A DNA stretch of 63,207 nt, the filler included, from Collodictyon triciliatum (taxonomy: Eukaryota), in NCBI GenBank assembly GCA_043381765.1. It is 36 parts of 36 records of this genome, joined end to end, with 100 filler letters (N's around TTAATTAATTAA, not from the genome) between each part and the next. Parts side by side here need not be neighbours in the genome. Positions count along the whole stretch, not along the records: positions 1 to 1,665 come from JBHJMP010010492.1; positions 1,766 to 3,429 come from JBHJMP010010493.1; positions 3,530 to 5,194 come from JBHJMP010010494.1; positions 5,295 to 6,957 come from JBHJMP010010495.1; positions 7,058 to 8,720 come from JBHJMP010010496.1; positions 8,821 to 10,480 come from JBHJMP010010497.1; positions 10,581 to 12,257 come from JBHJMP010010498.1; positions 12,358 to 14,018 come from JBHJMP010010499.1; 28 more parts are not named here. One strand, given 5' to 3'. Within the stretch, counting starts at the first letter, position 1, and each line of letters starts with the position of its first letter. Below the pieces are notes generated by a model. That model did not search any database. It was not told where the DNA came from and saw only the letters and a list, made by a program, of their open reading frames with translations. A program made the position numbers and the translations under genes. This document shows, one piece after another, positions 1 to 13,375 of this stretch.

Positions 1-1080
1 AACAATCCAAAGACGCGTAAAAGCTATACGCATCAAATACACGCGATACACATTATTAATTGTGGAAAATATACTATTAATGTAAAATACGATCAATTAT
101 GTCGCATAAATTCTATTTAATATACGATAGAATAATATGATAATATATCCAAAAAGAGTTACCCTAGGGCTCTAACTCCACTGCACAACTTTATGCTTGC
201 CAAGAGCGTTGAGACTGGGCTTTGATGCCAGCACCGATTTAGATATGAAGCTGGGCTGATTGGGAAGACTGCAGAAGCTTCCAGAAGACAAGCCAAATCA
301 AGCGAGCAGATGCGAAAACTCATTTCTCCACAATTAACACGAAGCGAAAAGCGGCAATTCTTTATGGCAGTGACACCAATCGAGCGGGCTCCTAGAACCA
401 AAGAGCGCGCGTCTCAGACACACATTTCAAAAATTCAAACATTCAAAGCACGCATCACTTCCAAAACAATCGCCCAGAAAGAAAAATACAAAGTAAAAAT
501 CTCCATATTCACATAAATTCCACGAATCCTCTATCAAACAACCCCAATTACAGAATTCAGAAACTCCTTTCCAATATTTAATCCAAAAAACAAAACAAAA
601 AGGAAATCACAACCCAACGAAGCAGTAATAAGAAACCAGGGCGTTCGAATCACCCAACCGTGCACAGCCGGAACCAGACCGAAGCCAGGCACAAAGACCG
701 CTCCACATTGAATCCAACCCGATCAAAGTCCCAAGGAAGCAAACAGAGCAGGGGAGCAGCACAAAGCAAACCAGACACACCAGGGCGCCAATGAACACCC
801 CGCGCCGCACACAACCGCCGCACACAGACCGCCGCACCATCCTCGGGGGCGCAGAGACAAACACCGACTTCAACACGAGCCTTTACGCGCAGCACCATCC
901 AAAGATCCTGCGCACCCGCCCAACGCAACCGCCGGGGCCGCCGCCGCCCTCGCTGAAGCCGCAGCGCCTGTTCGACACGCCTGCAGAGGAGTAGCACTAA
1001 CAGCAGCAGCAGCAGCAGCCATACTTGTCTCCTTTCCCCACCCCCTAGACTCATACAACATGCCCGCCCCTAGACTAAGC

Positions 1081-1200
1081 CCTTCTCTTTGTCCTTCTCT
1101 TTGTCCTTCTCTTTGTCCTTTTCTTTGTCCTTCTCTTTGTCCTTCTCTTTGTCCTTCTCTTTGTCCTTCTCTTTGTCCTTCTCTTTGTCCTTCTCTTTGT
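1081..1200. repeat. 12-bp tandem repeat (CCTTCTCTTTGT) x about 10
   Basis: Directly visible; it produces the spurious KDKE/SFSL ORFs. Confidence 0.95.
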
Positions 1201-1665
1201 TTTTTCCTCTCCCTCTGTTGCTAGCTAGCCGGATCAGCGGAGCGACCTTTCCTTTCGCCCTCGCCCGCCCGTTCTTGTCACTGTATTTAAAGAAGGCCCG
1301 CCTCCCGTGAGACATGTTTTGCAGCGCCCCTTGTGTGTCTCTTTGTGTCCTCTGTCTGCTGCGTTTGTCGTCGGTCTGGGTGGAAGAGAGCTGTGTCCGC
1401 AAGGTAACCCAGCCAAAATGTTGCTGGAAAAACGCCCCGTTAAGCCCGATCTGCACGGGCTCTAACTCCCAGCAAGCTCCCTGGTTCCAGAGGACATTCT
1501 TTCTTCTACTATGTGTATCTCGCGCGTTGATGTGTGAGTATGTGTGTATGAGTGTATGCATAAACGTATGCGTAAATGGGACAAAGGACGGAAGAAGGCG
1601 CTGAGCTGTTGCAAAGTATGAGCTCTCAGAAGCAGTCAACCGAAGGTGAGAGCTTGGAATCCTTG

Positions 1666-1765
1666 NNNNNNNNNNNNNNNNNNNNNNNNNNNNNNNNNNN
1701 NNNNNNNNNTTAATTAATTAANNNNNNNNNNNNNNNNNNNNNNNNNNNNNNNNNNNNNNNNNNNN
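1666..1765. other. Artificial contig linker N44-TTAATTAATTAA-N44 (first of 35, recurring about every 1.76 kb up to 61456-61555)
   Basis: Identical 100-nt spacer with stop codons in all six frames. Contigs between linkers are of near-constant, slowly decreasing length (about 1665 to 1651 nt). Confidence 0.99.
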
Positions 1766-2439
1766 TTACTCACACAATTTTTGTCCATGCTCAACTCTAT
1801 TTGGGACTTGATTGTTTATAATTGGGTTTCAAATTTTATTATCAGAAAGATAATGGGCATGAGACTTCACAAGGATGTGGAAATGCATGATATTACTCAT
1901 CCAAAAGCAGTCGAAGAGTTTTGATATTTTTTTCTTTTCAAGCTATCTCATTTGCTCGCCGATTCTCTCTCATTTTCAACCATTTTTTAATATTCATTTA
2001 CTTCTGAAATAAAATGTCATTAAGACTCTTTGATGGCCACTTTTGAAAGAATATGTAAAGTCTATGCAAATATAATTGAATTATTTAACAATAACTATGA
2101 AAACGTCGAAGTGATAGTTAGACATATATTTCATCATTTTAAGAAATTGCGCTAATTAAGCTATCCTGTGAAGTATAAATTACATTACTAATATTTTCAT
2201 TTTTGAATGACTGCATTTATTGACAGCAAAAAAAAACCCTAAGGTTCCGTCAAAAAGTGCAAAATAAATACGAGACCATGATTTTGACAGCGCCAGTCAG
2301 CTTCCTGCGCGGTCCAGCTTGCATCGGGAAACGGAAACCTCTCGGTCGATCTTTTGTGGCTGACGTGCCCCTAAATAACAAAAACAAGTGCGATTGAGAA
2401 CGAACTCTTCAAAGACGAACACTGCTTTGTCCGCCTTCG

Positions 2440-3429
2440 GGGCAAGGAATGGTCTGTTCTCTCTTTCGCAAACCGTAGTATTATGCGCAAGCAACTGCGT
2501 ACTGTAATGGAAGCCCGAAAGTGCTACGAGAAGGACGTGACTCTTATGGTTGACAACCCTGCCCTCGGACTCAGAACCGCTTTCCCAAGAAAAGAAAACG
2601 CAGCTGCCTTCATTACAGAGGGGTCTTTCCAGCTTCTTAATCACCAATTTACCCCCATGCCAGCAAAAACTGTCACCAAGGTTGCGCACCTGTCTAACAT
2701 ACCGCTGGAGTTGACTAGAACGACATTTTCGAAGCCTGCAGCGAATACTTCAGCCCAATCAAAGTCAACTGGACAAAGCCTGGAGGAATATGCATGGATG
2801 ATGCACTCGTTACATTCGACGAAGAACAGGAAAAAATGGGGAAAATATCTACCTTTGTTGTCATTCATGATAGACACTGTCGCGTAAAGATACGCGCCCT
2901 CAAAGAGTCTGACATCCCACCATCTCCCCAACAAAGAAAGGAATGACACACAAGGTCAAGCCGCCCAAAAAGAAACAACTACTGCCAAGTCTGTCACTAC
3001 CAATCAAGCGGCCACCAACAAAGAAAACGGCACCACACACCTTGGGCTCCAACACAAAAGTAACCGACTATAGCGCTAAAGACTGGCCAAATGCGCAGGA
3101 ATCGTCTGTGCAAAACAAGCCCAGAGCCCAACAACGAGGCCAAAGGCAACGCGCGTCATCTTCTAACATCAGAGGAGAAAATAGTGACAAGACACCCGCG
3201 GATGAAGTGCTCGAAGTCTCATTCAATACAAAGGCTTATAAATGGCCCCAAAATCAGAGAAATGGAGATCGAAAAAATGGACGAATCATCAGTCGTTTGA
3301 AACATGAAAGCGTCCAAAAATATGCTCCTGTGACGATAATCAACAGAGACACGCAGGTGTAGCGATTCTATGCAAGAAATGGATAGCCAAACTCAATCCT
3401 CGCTTCAGAGAGATTATTCCTGGCCGCTG
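2440..3429 (+). mobile_element. Degenerate L1/Tx1-type non-LTR retrotransposon: ORF1 remnant followed by the start of the ORF2 APE endonuclease
   Basis: Frameshifted ORF1-like text (AFPRKENAAAFITEGSFQLLNHQF...AHLSNIPLE). Then VLEVSFNT and, at about 3343-3429, RHAGVAILCKKWIAKLNPRFREIIPGR, matching the GVAIL...GR motifs of L1 endonucleases. No introns. Confidence 0.7.
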
Positions 3430-3842
3430 NNNNNNNNNNNNNNNNNNNNNNNNNNNNNNNNNNNNNNNNNNNNTTAATTAATTAANNNNNNNNNNNNNNN
3501 NNNNNNNNNNNNNNNNNNNNNNNNNNNNNAGAAAGAAAAAGAAAAAAGAGAAAAAAAGAGAAAAAAAGAGAAAAAAAGAGAAAAAAAGAGAAAAAAAGAG
3601 AAAAAAAAGAGAAAAAAAGAGAAAAAAAGAGAAAAAAAAGAGAAAAAAAGAGAAAAAAGAGAAAAAAACGAAAATAGAAAAACAAAAAAAATCGAAAATT
3701 CCAAAAAATGGAGAAAGGCAGGAACACGGACATGGCTGCAGCCTTTGAGTACCCCATTTCTTAAACCATCAGCTGTGGGGTTCCATTCATTTATTCCTCA
3801 TCGCTTGTGCGAGGGCGTCGCGCGATTAGAAACAAACCAGAT

Positions 3843-5013
3843 TCACACAGACGAGTCCGCACTCTCCTGAGTCTGCGAATCCTGTTTTTCCTCAAAGGAG
3901 GTAATGTCCCGAAGATAGCTGCTAGGGCCTTTCATGTCCGGAAAAATATACTTGAATGCGAGGCGGATGGTCTCGGGTGATGCCAGGTCGACGAGCCTGC
4001 GTTTGGGTCGGAATATAGATGGTGAGCATGTCTTGAAACCCAAGCAAGGATGATGTTTCTCATTTTTCTTTTCTTTTTAGCCATGCGGTCAAATAGGGAC
4101 GACAGGTTTCGTGATTGTCGGAGTGTGGCGCATGGCGAGCGCAAGAAGTCTCTCGCTGGTGAAGGCAACTTACGCAGTGGCGGTCTCTATTTGTTCTTGT
4201 TGCAGCCTTCGTGCTTCTTGCTGCTGAGGGTCCAAAGAGTCCTCGTCAGGCCTGGAAGTGCGGGATCGCATTGTCCTCGAAGTGGACCAAAGCCTGAGGA
4301 GAGTGAAAACAAGTTTACTTTGAGCCAAAAGCGATGGGTGCAAGCCAAATAATAAAGCTGATCTTATATATAGGCACACAGTCTTCATCAGGGCAGCTTA
4401 CTTCCACGCCAATTCCAATAGACCAGAAGAGTCTTCGTCTTTAAGCACACGCATAACTGCGTTTTCGATGTGAAGGCGGTATGCCGCCTTGACAATTTGC
4501 TCTACTGACCGCGGTTCGTCGGGTAAAATATTGTTTGTCTTTTCCAATTCGGCTGGGTTTGAGATGAGGAACTCGCACATGTTTTGATAAACCTAAACCA
4601 CACAATCGAAAAGAATGCATGATAGAGATTAGTACTTTGCGGAAAGGAATGATGTTCAGATTTTTATAGGCTTTTGAATTTTCGTTTGTTTTGCCTATAC
4701 CCTTAGCGATGTGATGGCTATCTGAACCAGTAAACTCGGGGCTGGTGAAATGTTCTTTTTTGAAGATATCATATCAACTACTCATGAAAAATTATTTGTG
4801 ATTAGAGTTTTTTCATTTATCCTTCCCTGATAAAAGAGCAAGATAGTGAGAAATTAGAGATGCTTCAATATTCTTGAAAATTTATTTTAAATACTTAGCC
4901 CCTCGCTGGTAACTTTGCGAATCCGTGTGATGATATCGATGCTCCCATTTTCAATGAGGATGGGACTCAAAATTCGAAGGTATTTTTCCGGGTAGTAGTA
5001 GTATTTTATACTC
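3843..5013 (-). CDS. 3' part of a spliced gene, hypothetical protein
   Basis: GT-AG-bounded exons join in frame (SIKYYYYPEKYLRILSPILIENG / IFKKEHFTSPEF / VYQNMCEFLISNP...LELAWK / ...ESADSSV*). No family recognised. Confidence 0.4.
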
Positions 5014-5058
5014 CTGAGTTAAATTTTAATGAAATGAGATTGAAAATAAATATGGCTG

Positions 5059-5194
5059 AGAAATGAGAGAGAAATGAGAGAGAAATGAGAGAGAAATGAG
5101 AGAGAAATGAGAGAAATGAGAGAAATGAGAGAAATGAGAGAAATGAGAGAAATGAGAGAAATGAGAGAAATGAGAGAAATGAGAGAAATGAGAG
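5059..5194. repeat. GAGAAATGA(GA) simple repeat at a contig end, representative of the SSRs ending most contigs (polyA/T, TAA, TACA, TCTA, TTTATC, GTT, ATAGATAAC, TTTTATCAG etc.)
   Basis: Directly visible. Confidence 0.95.
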
Positions 5195-8100
5195 NNNNNN
5201 NNNNNNNNNNNNNNNNNNNNNNNNNNNNNNNNNNNNNNTTAATTAATTAANNNNNNNNNNNNNNNNNNNNNNNNNNNNNNNNNNNNNNNNNNNNTGGGAA
5301 AGTGCCCTTCTCTTTTAACCATCCAAATACTAATGCATGGGACAGTTTGATGGACATTCTTGTTGGGCGATTAATGGACTTAACCTTCATGAAGACCTCA
5401 GTTCGTGTTGGGTGTCTTCTATTTTGGTCCTTTAATGAAGTTGTTCTAGGACTATATGATTGACTTTATCTATAGAAATAAGATTGGCGGTTTGGTTGGT
5501 GACCAGCAGGTAGTATGATTTCCTTTGTGTGTCGTAAAAGTTTTTGGTTCTGGGTATGCAGCACCACATCATAGTTGTAAATTTTTCAGGTGAACCTACG
5601 TGAAGGAACATGCCTTTTTGATTTCAAATATTATCTTTTCTGAAGCTCACTTAAGTTAAGAGGAGGTATAAATATAAATCATTTGATTTGCTGTTCCATT
5701 CGGAGCTTCTCATCTATGCTATGACCCTCAGTTAGATATGGGATATAGGCCTTCAATTTTTAATCAGCTGGCCAGATTAGAGAAAATTTTTTGTGCATAA
5801 GCAAATCTGGTGCGAGATTCTTGTTGGGCCCGGAACTCAGGTTTTCTCATAAGGAGTGACTGTTTTCTGATTTAATTGAGTTCCAACATGATTCCGTAAG
5901 GTTGCTTTAGTATTAGTAGTGAATATGTCATCGATTTTTTCTAGACTTTTCCTGGCATATATTTGCTACTTAATTCTTATATGTTTCAGTCAGGAAATTT
6001 TTTTATTTCGAGAGCACCTGTGAACACTCATTTATGGTATTTTCGTAATAGTATATGCGTTTAAGAACAAAAGTTTGACCAGCCTGTCCTGAGTTTGTAG
6101 CTCGCAGAGACACAATACCCCACAAGTCACTATTTTGAGTTATTTTACCCAACATCAGTCAAGGTCAAAATACATAGGTGATTTTATTTCTTATTTTAGT
6201 TCTTATTTGATTAATTGGAACCAGCAACTTTATTGTTAAATAAATAATGCATTTTAGGTATCTCTCTAATCACCGCTCGAGCCATTCAATTCATACAGGC
6301 TGTTAAAAAACCAAGTAATTCATGGTAAATTGTAAGCGAGAATCAATCATTCGAAGAGGGATATTTGCCGGGTGTTTGTGGAATTTTTGAGATTATCTCG
6401 GTCAAAATCAGTGCTGCATATGTTTCATCACTTCTCGGTTCACAAGTACATCACCTATATGCAATCCTCTCGCTATCTTTTATGATATTCCACGCCAGAC
6501 GCTCTCTGTTTTATTGGCCAACCGAGGAAATAAAACAGACAGATAGTGTGCGAATCACTCACGTGCATCCTTATTCAATGATTCATACAGCCCGAAACCC
6601 TTTTAAACTGTTCCCGTCCCATTTTCATCGGAATGGCCGACAAAAATAAGCCATTAGATAATTTCAATGAAATTTTGTTTACTTGCGTTAATAGAGATAT
6701 GTAAAGCTATAGGTATTCTGTCGTTAAAGTAAGCTTATGTTTTACCCACTTGTTGGTATTTTTGTTGGTTGGTGTAAAATCGGTGCATCTTTACAGTAGA
6801 ATAGATGCAATTTATACCTTTAGAAATACCCTAACCCTAACTGACCTCAATAATATCTATAATCATATAAGCTGGCACCTTTTTAAACATTCCCTCTAAT
6901 ATTTTGTCATATTGAAAATGAAAGTGACTAAAAACAGTGCGCCAATACGGAAGAACTNNNNNNNNNNNNNNNNNNNNNNNNNNNNNNNNNNNNNNNNNNN
7001 NTTAATTAATTAANNNNNNNNNNNNNNNNNNNNNNNNNNNNNNNNNNNNNNNNNNNNAAAAAAGAAAAGAAAAAAGAAAAGAAAAAAGAAAAGAAAAAAG
7101 AAAAGAAAAAAGAAAAGAAAAAAGAAAAGAAAAAAGAAAAGAAAAAAAGAAAAGAAAAAAAGAAAAGAAAAAAGAAAAGAAAAAAGAAAAGAAAAAAGAA
7201 AAGAAAAAAAGAAAAGAAAAAAAGAAAAGAAAAAAGAACAAGAAAAGAGAAGAGAAGAGAAGAGAAGCAAAGAGAAATGACATCAGGTTGAACCAAGAAT
7301 CCAACTGAGCAATTTTTGCTATTTGTTTTCTTCCCTATGAACCAATTGTATTTCTTCCACAACCCCTCACTCTAACACGTCAAGAAAAGAATGTCACGAT
7401 TGGACAATAATGAAGCAATTGGTTTTAATCGAATGAAGAAAATTATAGAGGCACGATTAAAGTTTCTTTTGAGTTACCCAGCATCTGTGAGAGATTTTTT
7501 GGCAAGTAAGAAGGAAAATTGCCGCACACTTATGTCACTTCTCATAAAAAAAAATTTACATACTGATCCCTTTCTTTACAAGCCTTTTATATACCCACCG
7601 ATTCCCAATAGAAATGTTGATTGAAATGGGTTAATTCGATTGAAATTCTCACATGGGTGATTTTGCTGGCAAGCGCATTTGGTTTGTCTTCTCTCGATTT
7701 TTTGGTTCTTTTTTTGGTTAAGGGCGATTCAATCAAACACTTTTGATAGGTCGAAGGATAGATTCGATTCTAAGGTTGAGTTTGTGGAATGGATGATTTT
7801 CCAAAGGAGAGAGGTTATCTACCAGCTCGGTGCAATCAAAAGCCAATGTGTTGGTGATATTGTTAGGACACTTGCTAGCAAACCTCGATCAATCAATCAA
7901 TCAATTAAGCAAGCAAGGAATCAATCCAGGAATCAATCCAGGAGTTAATCAAAGAGTCAAAGCACAAAGAATCGTCCAATCGCATTTGACCAACGGATTC
8001 CACCACAAAGAGAGAACTTGGATTTGAGGAAATTTGGATATAGAAGTGTCTCTTACAGGGGACAGAATTAAGATATGAACGGAGCTTTAATTGCTGATTG

Positions 8101-10267
8101 TTCTAAAAACACTTTGGAATCCGCCGTGCTTTGAAATAAACACATAACAAAATATATATATATATATACCAAGCAAAAAGCACTCCTGTATTGGAATTGT
8201 AGACATGAAACCCACAAACACGGCCGAACATGAGATGATCTTTATTTCGCTGAATCGGGACGTGTCATGGCTAATAAGCAAGTTTCGCTATAAGGTCAAC
8301 TAATATACATACCGTACTTTATATCTAAAATTAATCACCCATATTCGTCTGAAGCATAAATCTCATTCTCTGTGTGTCCGTTTCTGGAATTTAGCAGTTA
8401 TAAAAGTTTGTGCACGGGTTGGGTTACGCGTGTGCAAGCAAAGCAGCAAAAAACAACTGAAACAAAGCTCAATCACCCATATTTCAATAGGTTTTCTTTA
8501 TTTCGAAAAAGATTGTGTTCTTCAGCGACGGATTCATGACGACAGTTTCTTGCTCTGGTCTGCGAGTATATCTATTTGCTGCCTGTACATTTGCTTCATC
8601 TCCAGCATATCGGATTGCATCTCCGTAAGCTGCTCTGTCTTCTCTCCGATAATCTCTAAAGCAGCAGAGTATCGATTGCTCAAGTCGGCTATTTGCATCT
8701 TCAGTGCTGGAAGAATATACNNNNNNNNNNNNNNNNNNNNNNNNNNNNNNNNNNNNNNNNNNNNTTAATTAATTAANNNNNNNNNNNNNNNNNNNNNNNN
8801 NNNNNNNNNNNNNNNNNNNNGTGGGGGGGGGGGGGGTGGTGGGGGGGGGGGTGGGGGGGGGGTGGGGGGGTGGGGGGGGGGGGTGGGGGGGGGGGGGGGG
8901 GGGAGGGATTCGTTGGCGGTTGATTCGCAGAGTTTTCTCTCGCGTGATACGTCCCTGACGTGGGCGATAATGTATTGTGCCTTAGGGTTGGTGGATGGTC
9001 CCTGTTGTTTGTGTACACCAGAGTGTGCTGCTTGTCTTTTCATTTGTTTCGGGGGATGTTTGTCTGTTGTGCACAACGCGGCGCAATGAAATGAAAGGTG
9101 GAGAAAAGAACATGCCAATCAATCGTGATGTGGTGTGCTCCGTTCGGCTGCGCTGCTCTGACTGTTCTATGAGTCGCGTTGCCTCTCACGCTGCAATTGA
9201 TTCTCATGCTAGTCTATTGCGAATGAGGGAGAAGAAAAAGAGAGGACACTTATATATGTTTTCCTTTCTCTTGTCTTTGTTTTGTGCTATATTCCCTTGG
9301 GGGATAATATATTGGCCCAAGCTTCTTGAGCGTGTGTGATTTTGCGTGCGCACGTAATTCTTTGGTAGGAAACTAGAACAGACAACATCGATCTTGGTTC
9401 GAAGACCTCTTTACTTTTCCATAGCTTCTCGTTAGTTTATGACAAACCAACAATCACCATCGGCCGCTTTGTAATGGAGAGTTTCTTGCAGGTTTTTTTT
9501 TCTTAAATGTTTTTATTTTTTCAGCCAAACCTTTAAAAAAATCTGACAAATGGTCAAGAGAAATAAAAAAAAACGAATCCATCGCTTCACAGAGCGAAAA
9601 TAACCATATATATCTCCACAATATGGATTTCAGTTGAAAATAACTTTAGATGGATAAAGTTCATGACGAATGGCCACGCGCATCCAAAACATAAACAAAC
9701 AAAAATTGAAAAAATTCGCTTGCTTCTTCCGCTTTTGTACTCGTCCATTCTTTATGGCACGCTCCAACTACATATATGGTAATGACGCACCACAAGCACG
9801 CTTCTATGGGCGCACGCACACATTATGGTCATATTAGAGCATGCAGTACCGTACATTCATCAGAGTCCTTAAACCTTTATATATGCAACTCATAGTATTT
9901 TATTATTATTTTTATATCATTAAGTAACTCTGCATGAATATATACGATTATAAAGCTGTATTATGTTATTTTCCATATATGTAATATACTATAGCTGGAC
10001 GTTATTATAAGAACCGCATTTTTGCTAGCAACCTCCAGCGCGAGTTCGACAGACAGCAAAAATTTACTATCAAAGCATTCCCATGATAGTTAAAAGATGC
10101 ATATTCCTGCCATGGGTCCCAACCATAGTTTGCATGGACGCCACTTGGTAGCTGTGTAGTTGAAAAGTAGTCGATAATCAGATATTGCATCCTGCAATTT
10201 AGCCTGTAGCCTTGGTCTTGTGCTTACATGAGAAAGGTAAGGCGAGGTTTAATCTCTCTCTCAGCTG

Positions 10268-10480
10268 TGGCGATGCAACCGACCTCAGAGACTGGCGCCC
10301 GATATCGCTGCTCAACAACGACTACAAGATATTTGCCACAATCCTTAGAAACCGAATCTCAGATATCGCCGACAGGCTCAAATCAAAGGAGCAAATAGGA
10401 TTCATGCGTGGCAGGAACATCGACACAAACATATGGCTCGTGAACAAGGAATACATGGAATATCAAGTCTCCAAAGACCC
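10268..10480 (+). mobile_element. Non-LTR retrotransposon reverse transcriptase fragment (L1/Tx1-like, early RT motifs)
   Basis: GDATDLRDWRPISLLNNDYKIFATILRNRI...EQIGFMRGRNIDTNI matches the RPISLLNxDYKI and QxGFxxGR LINE RT signature; truncated by the contig end. Confidence 0.9.
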
Positions 10481-12197
10481 NNNNNNNNNNNNNNNNNNNN
10501 NNNNNNNNNNNNNNNNNNNNNNNNTTAATTAATTAANNNNNNNNNNNNNNNNNNNNNNNNNNNNNNNNNNNNNNNNNNNNAACTCAGTTGCCTTTGCCCA
10601 GCCTTCTTCATCCATTTCTTGATTATGTTTTTGCGATTGAATGATGGCATCTCTTGATTCTGATAGTTCCTATCGTTGAATATAAACAAAAAAAAAATTG
10701 TAATGGCGAGGATGCATTAACATGCACATGTAAAATATTTAATATTGAGAAAACAGATAATTGCGTTTGATTAAAGAGCAATATTGTTTTACATCAAAAT
10801 TGATACCTTATAGTAGGTCGATCTTTCTTGGCTGATGGTTTCATTCCTGGTCATAAAATGGTTCCGTAAGATGTCCATTTTCATATCATGATTTCGTATC
10901 CTCTCCATGGCTTGCTAATTCAGATGGGAACATCGAAATAATTTCAGATATGTTTATGAGGACACTATCTGTTTAAGTAATATTATAAAAATTACGAGGA
11001 GCTGTTTTCTGAGGCTGTTCGAGAAATCCCTATGTCTCTTGAGTTCTGTTTGTAACTCAGCCAACTTTTAAGCACACACAAAAAAAATTAAACTAGATTA
11101 AACTAAAGTAAAGAAGAGAAAATAAAGATGTTTGCTCTCTCTCTCTCTCAGGTGCTTTCATCTGAAATAAGAGTTGGAAATCCTTTCAAAAATATTCAAG
11201 ACCAGCTACCTTTTCGTCAGCGTCCTCGAAAAGATAAGAGAACTTTAAGTCCTTCACTATGAGAGCAGCTGTGTTGTCAAAAATATACGATATAACTTCA
11301 TGGATATGTCTGAAATCTGTTCCGGTGATAGATGATTTTCCATCCTCGCCCTGTATATGATTTCCACATATGATTTCACAACTTCGGGACAAAGATTATG
11401 AAAATCAGCGCAATAATAGATATTAAGAACCAACCTTTTTTGATTCGCTTTTTCTGTGGGGCGATTTCTTTTCATTTTAGAGTTTGTTTTTATGAGTAAA
11501 AAACATAATTAAACATCGATGATTTATTCCTTCAATTTTCCCTTCATATAACTTTTCTCCAAACAACAACGATATTAAAATATCGCCAAAATATCACATA
11601 AGCAAAATACACGTGCACATGTACATAATAGATTAGCCGAACCCTTGTTGATGAATCACTTGTGCCAGAATCAAGCTCAGCGGCGAGAGTCCCGAAAACT
11701 TTGGCCAATTGAGTGCGAAAACTTAACATACGCAAATCAACCTGCTGAAAAAGTAAATCGCGACGAGGAAGATCCACGGCAGGCGGTGCAGTTCCTTGTG
11801 AGCTACCTTCGGTGTCATTGCTAGCCGTGGGCGATAGTTGATTTTGTTGGGCCAGTCGAATCTGTTATTTACCAGTCACCAAAGGAATCAAATATTATAT
11901 ATGGATAGGAACCTTTGTTACTGTTCATGTGCATATAAAAAATTATACACAACACTGAATTTAGCGATTAGAACTGCTATCAAAGTACACAATTTCATTT
12001 GTATTCGACCACAGTGTGATTAAACTAGATTAACACACTAAATTAACACACTAAATTAAAACACTAAATTAACACATTACACTTTAACGTAATTGTTAAC
12101 TCATCAATTACTTTGATAGATTTTTTTTTATCGAATTGGTCAAATGAGTTTTTGTTTCATTAATCATTAATATTTCTTTTCTTCACTCTTTTTTTTA

Positions 12198-12257
<60 letters not shown>

Positions 12258-13315
12258 NNNNNNNNNNNNNNNNNNNNNNNNNNNNNNNNNNNNNNNNNNN
12301 NTTAATTAATTAANNNNNNNNNNNNNNNNNNNNNNNNNNNNNNNNNNNNNNNNNNNNGATAAAAGATAAAAGATAAAAGATAAAAGATAAAAGATAAAAG
12401 ATAAAAGATAAAAGATAAAAGATAAAAGATAAAAGATAAAAGATAAAAGACAAAAGACAAAAGATAAAAGAAAAAAGATAAAAGACAAAAGATAAAAGAC
12501 AAAAGATAAAAGATAAAAGACAAAAGATAAAAGACAAAAGATAAAAGATAAAAGATAAAAGATAAAAGATAAAAAAGAAAAAAGAAAAAGAAAAACAAGA
12601 ACCACAGAGTAGCTGCGCGCACAGTGCTGTTTTGGAGAGCCCGTGGCAGAAGCCTTTCCCAGCGCAGATCGAGCGCGTAAATCAAATGTTTGAATTTGAA
12701 ATTTGGGGGAAAAATCGCTTTGGCATTTGGACGGGCAATGTCATAGAATAAATTGAATTCATGTCATATTAAGAATGAATACGCGGTCGAGGTCTCTACT
12801 CCGAAGGCAACAGAAACAAAGATGGGGTTGACGAGTGAATTATATTCCATTATGTTCCAAAGATATCGTAACAACGAGGTAATAACAAACCAAATTTCAC
12901 ATTTCATTCACCGCAAAATAATCAGATGACACTCAGAAGTACAAGGGGCTACTGTAGAAGGGATGACTGAGTTAAAAGGATGCATAATTGGTTTGTAATA
13001 CAGGAGGAATAGTCATTTTTTTTTAAAAAAAATTTTTTTTAACAGGATTGCATGTTCTGTAATCCCAAGATTTAGCTTCGACAAAAAAAACTAATTAAAT
13101 ATTGTAAAATTTTGACAAGTGTATTTGAAAATTTTGAGCAGAAAAAAAATCATAGACAAAAAGCCTTGCTTGACATGTTTTATTTCTTCTATATTTTTTT
13201 AACGCCCATTTTAAAAATAAGGATACTTTAGCAAGTAAATTTGTTGGAAGATACTTTTGCACGTTGGGTTCCTATAGATGCTACATAATTTGATCAGCAC
13301 ATATACCACAATATT

Positions 13316-13375
13316 ATCAGCATGTCGTGTTACTTTGAATCGAATAAAGGAAAAAAAAATCAGCATGTCGTGTTA
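13316..13375 (+). mobile_element. Ultra-short retro-insertion CTTTGAATCGAATAAAGG(A)8 with a 17-bp target-site duplication
   Basis: Perfect direct repeat ATCAGCATGTCGTGTTA at 13316-13332 and 13359-13375 flanks the insert. Confidence 0.85.

Noticed and set aside
3474-3757. Phe/Leu/Lys-rich ORFs at contig ends (also 7002, 12302, 26135, 31660, 43960, 59808 etc.)
   Set aside because: They are translations of microsatellites running into N linkers.
5295-6300. Possible highly decayed LINE ORF2 on the minus strand
   Set aside because: Only vague motif echoes with many stops; not supportable without a profile search.
6828-6840. CCCTAACCCTAA as telomeric repeat
   Set aside because: Only two units, internal to the contig.
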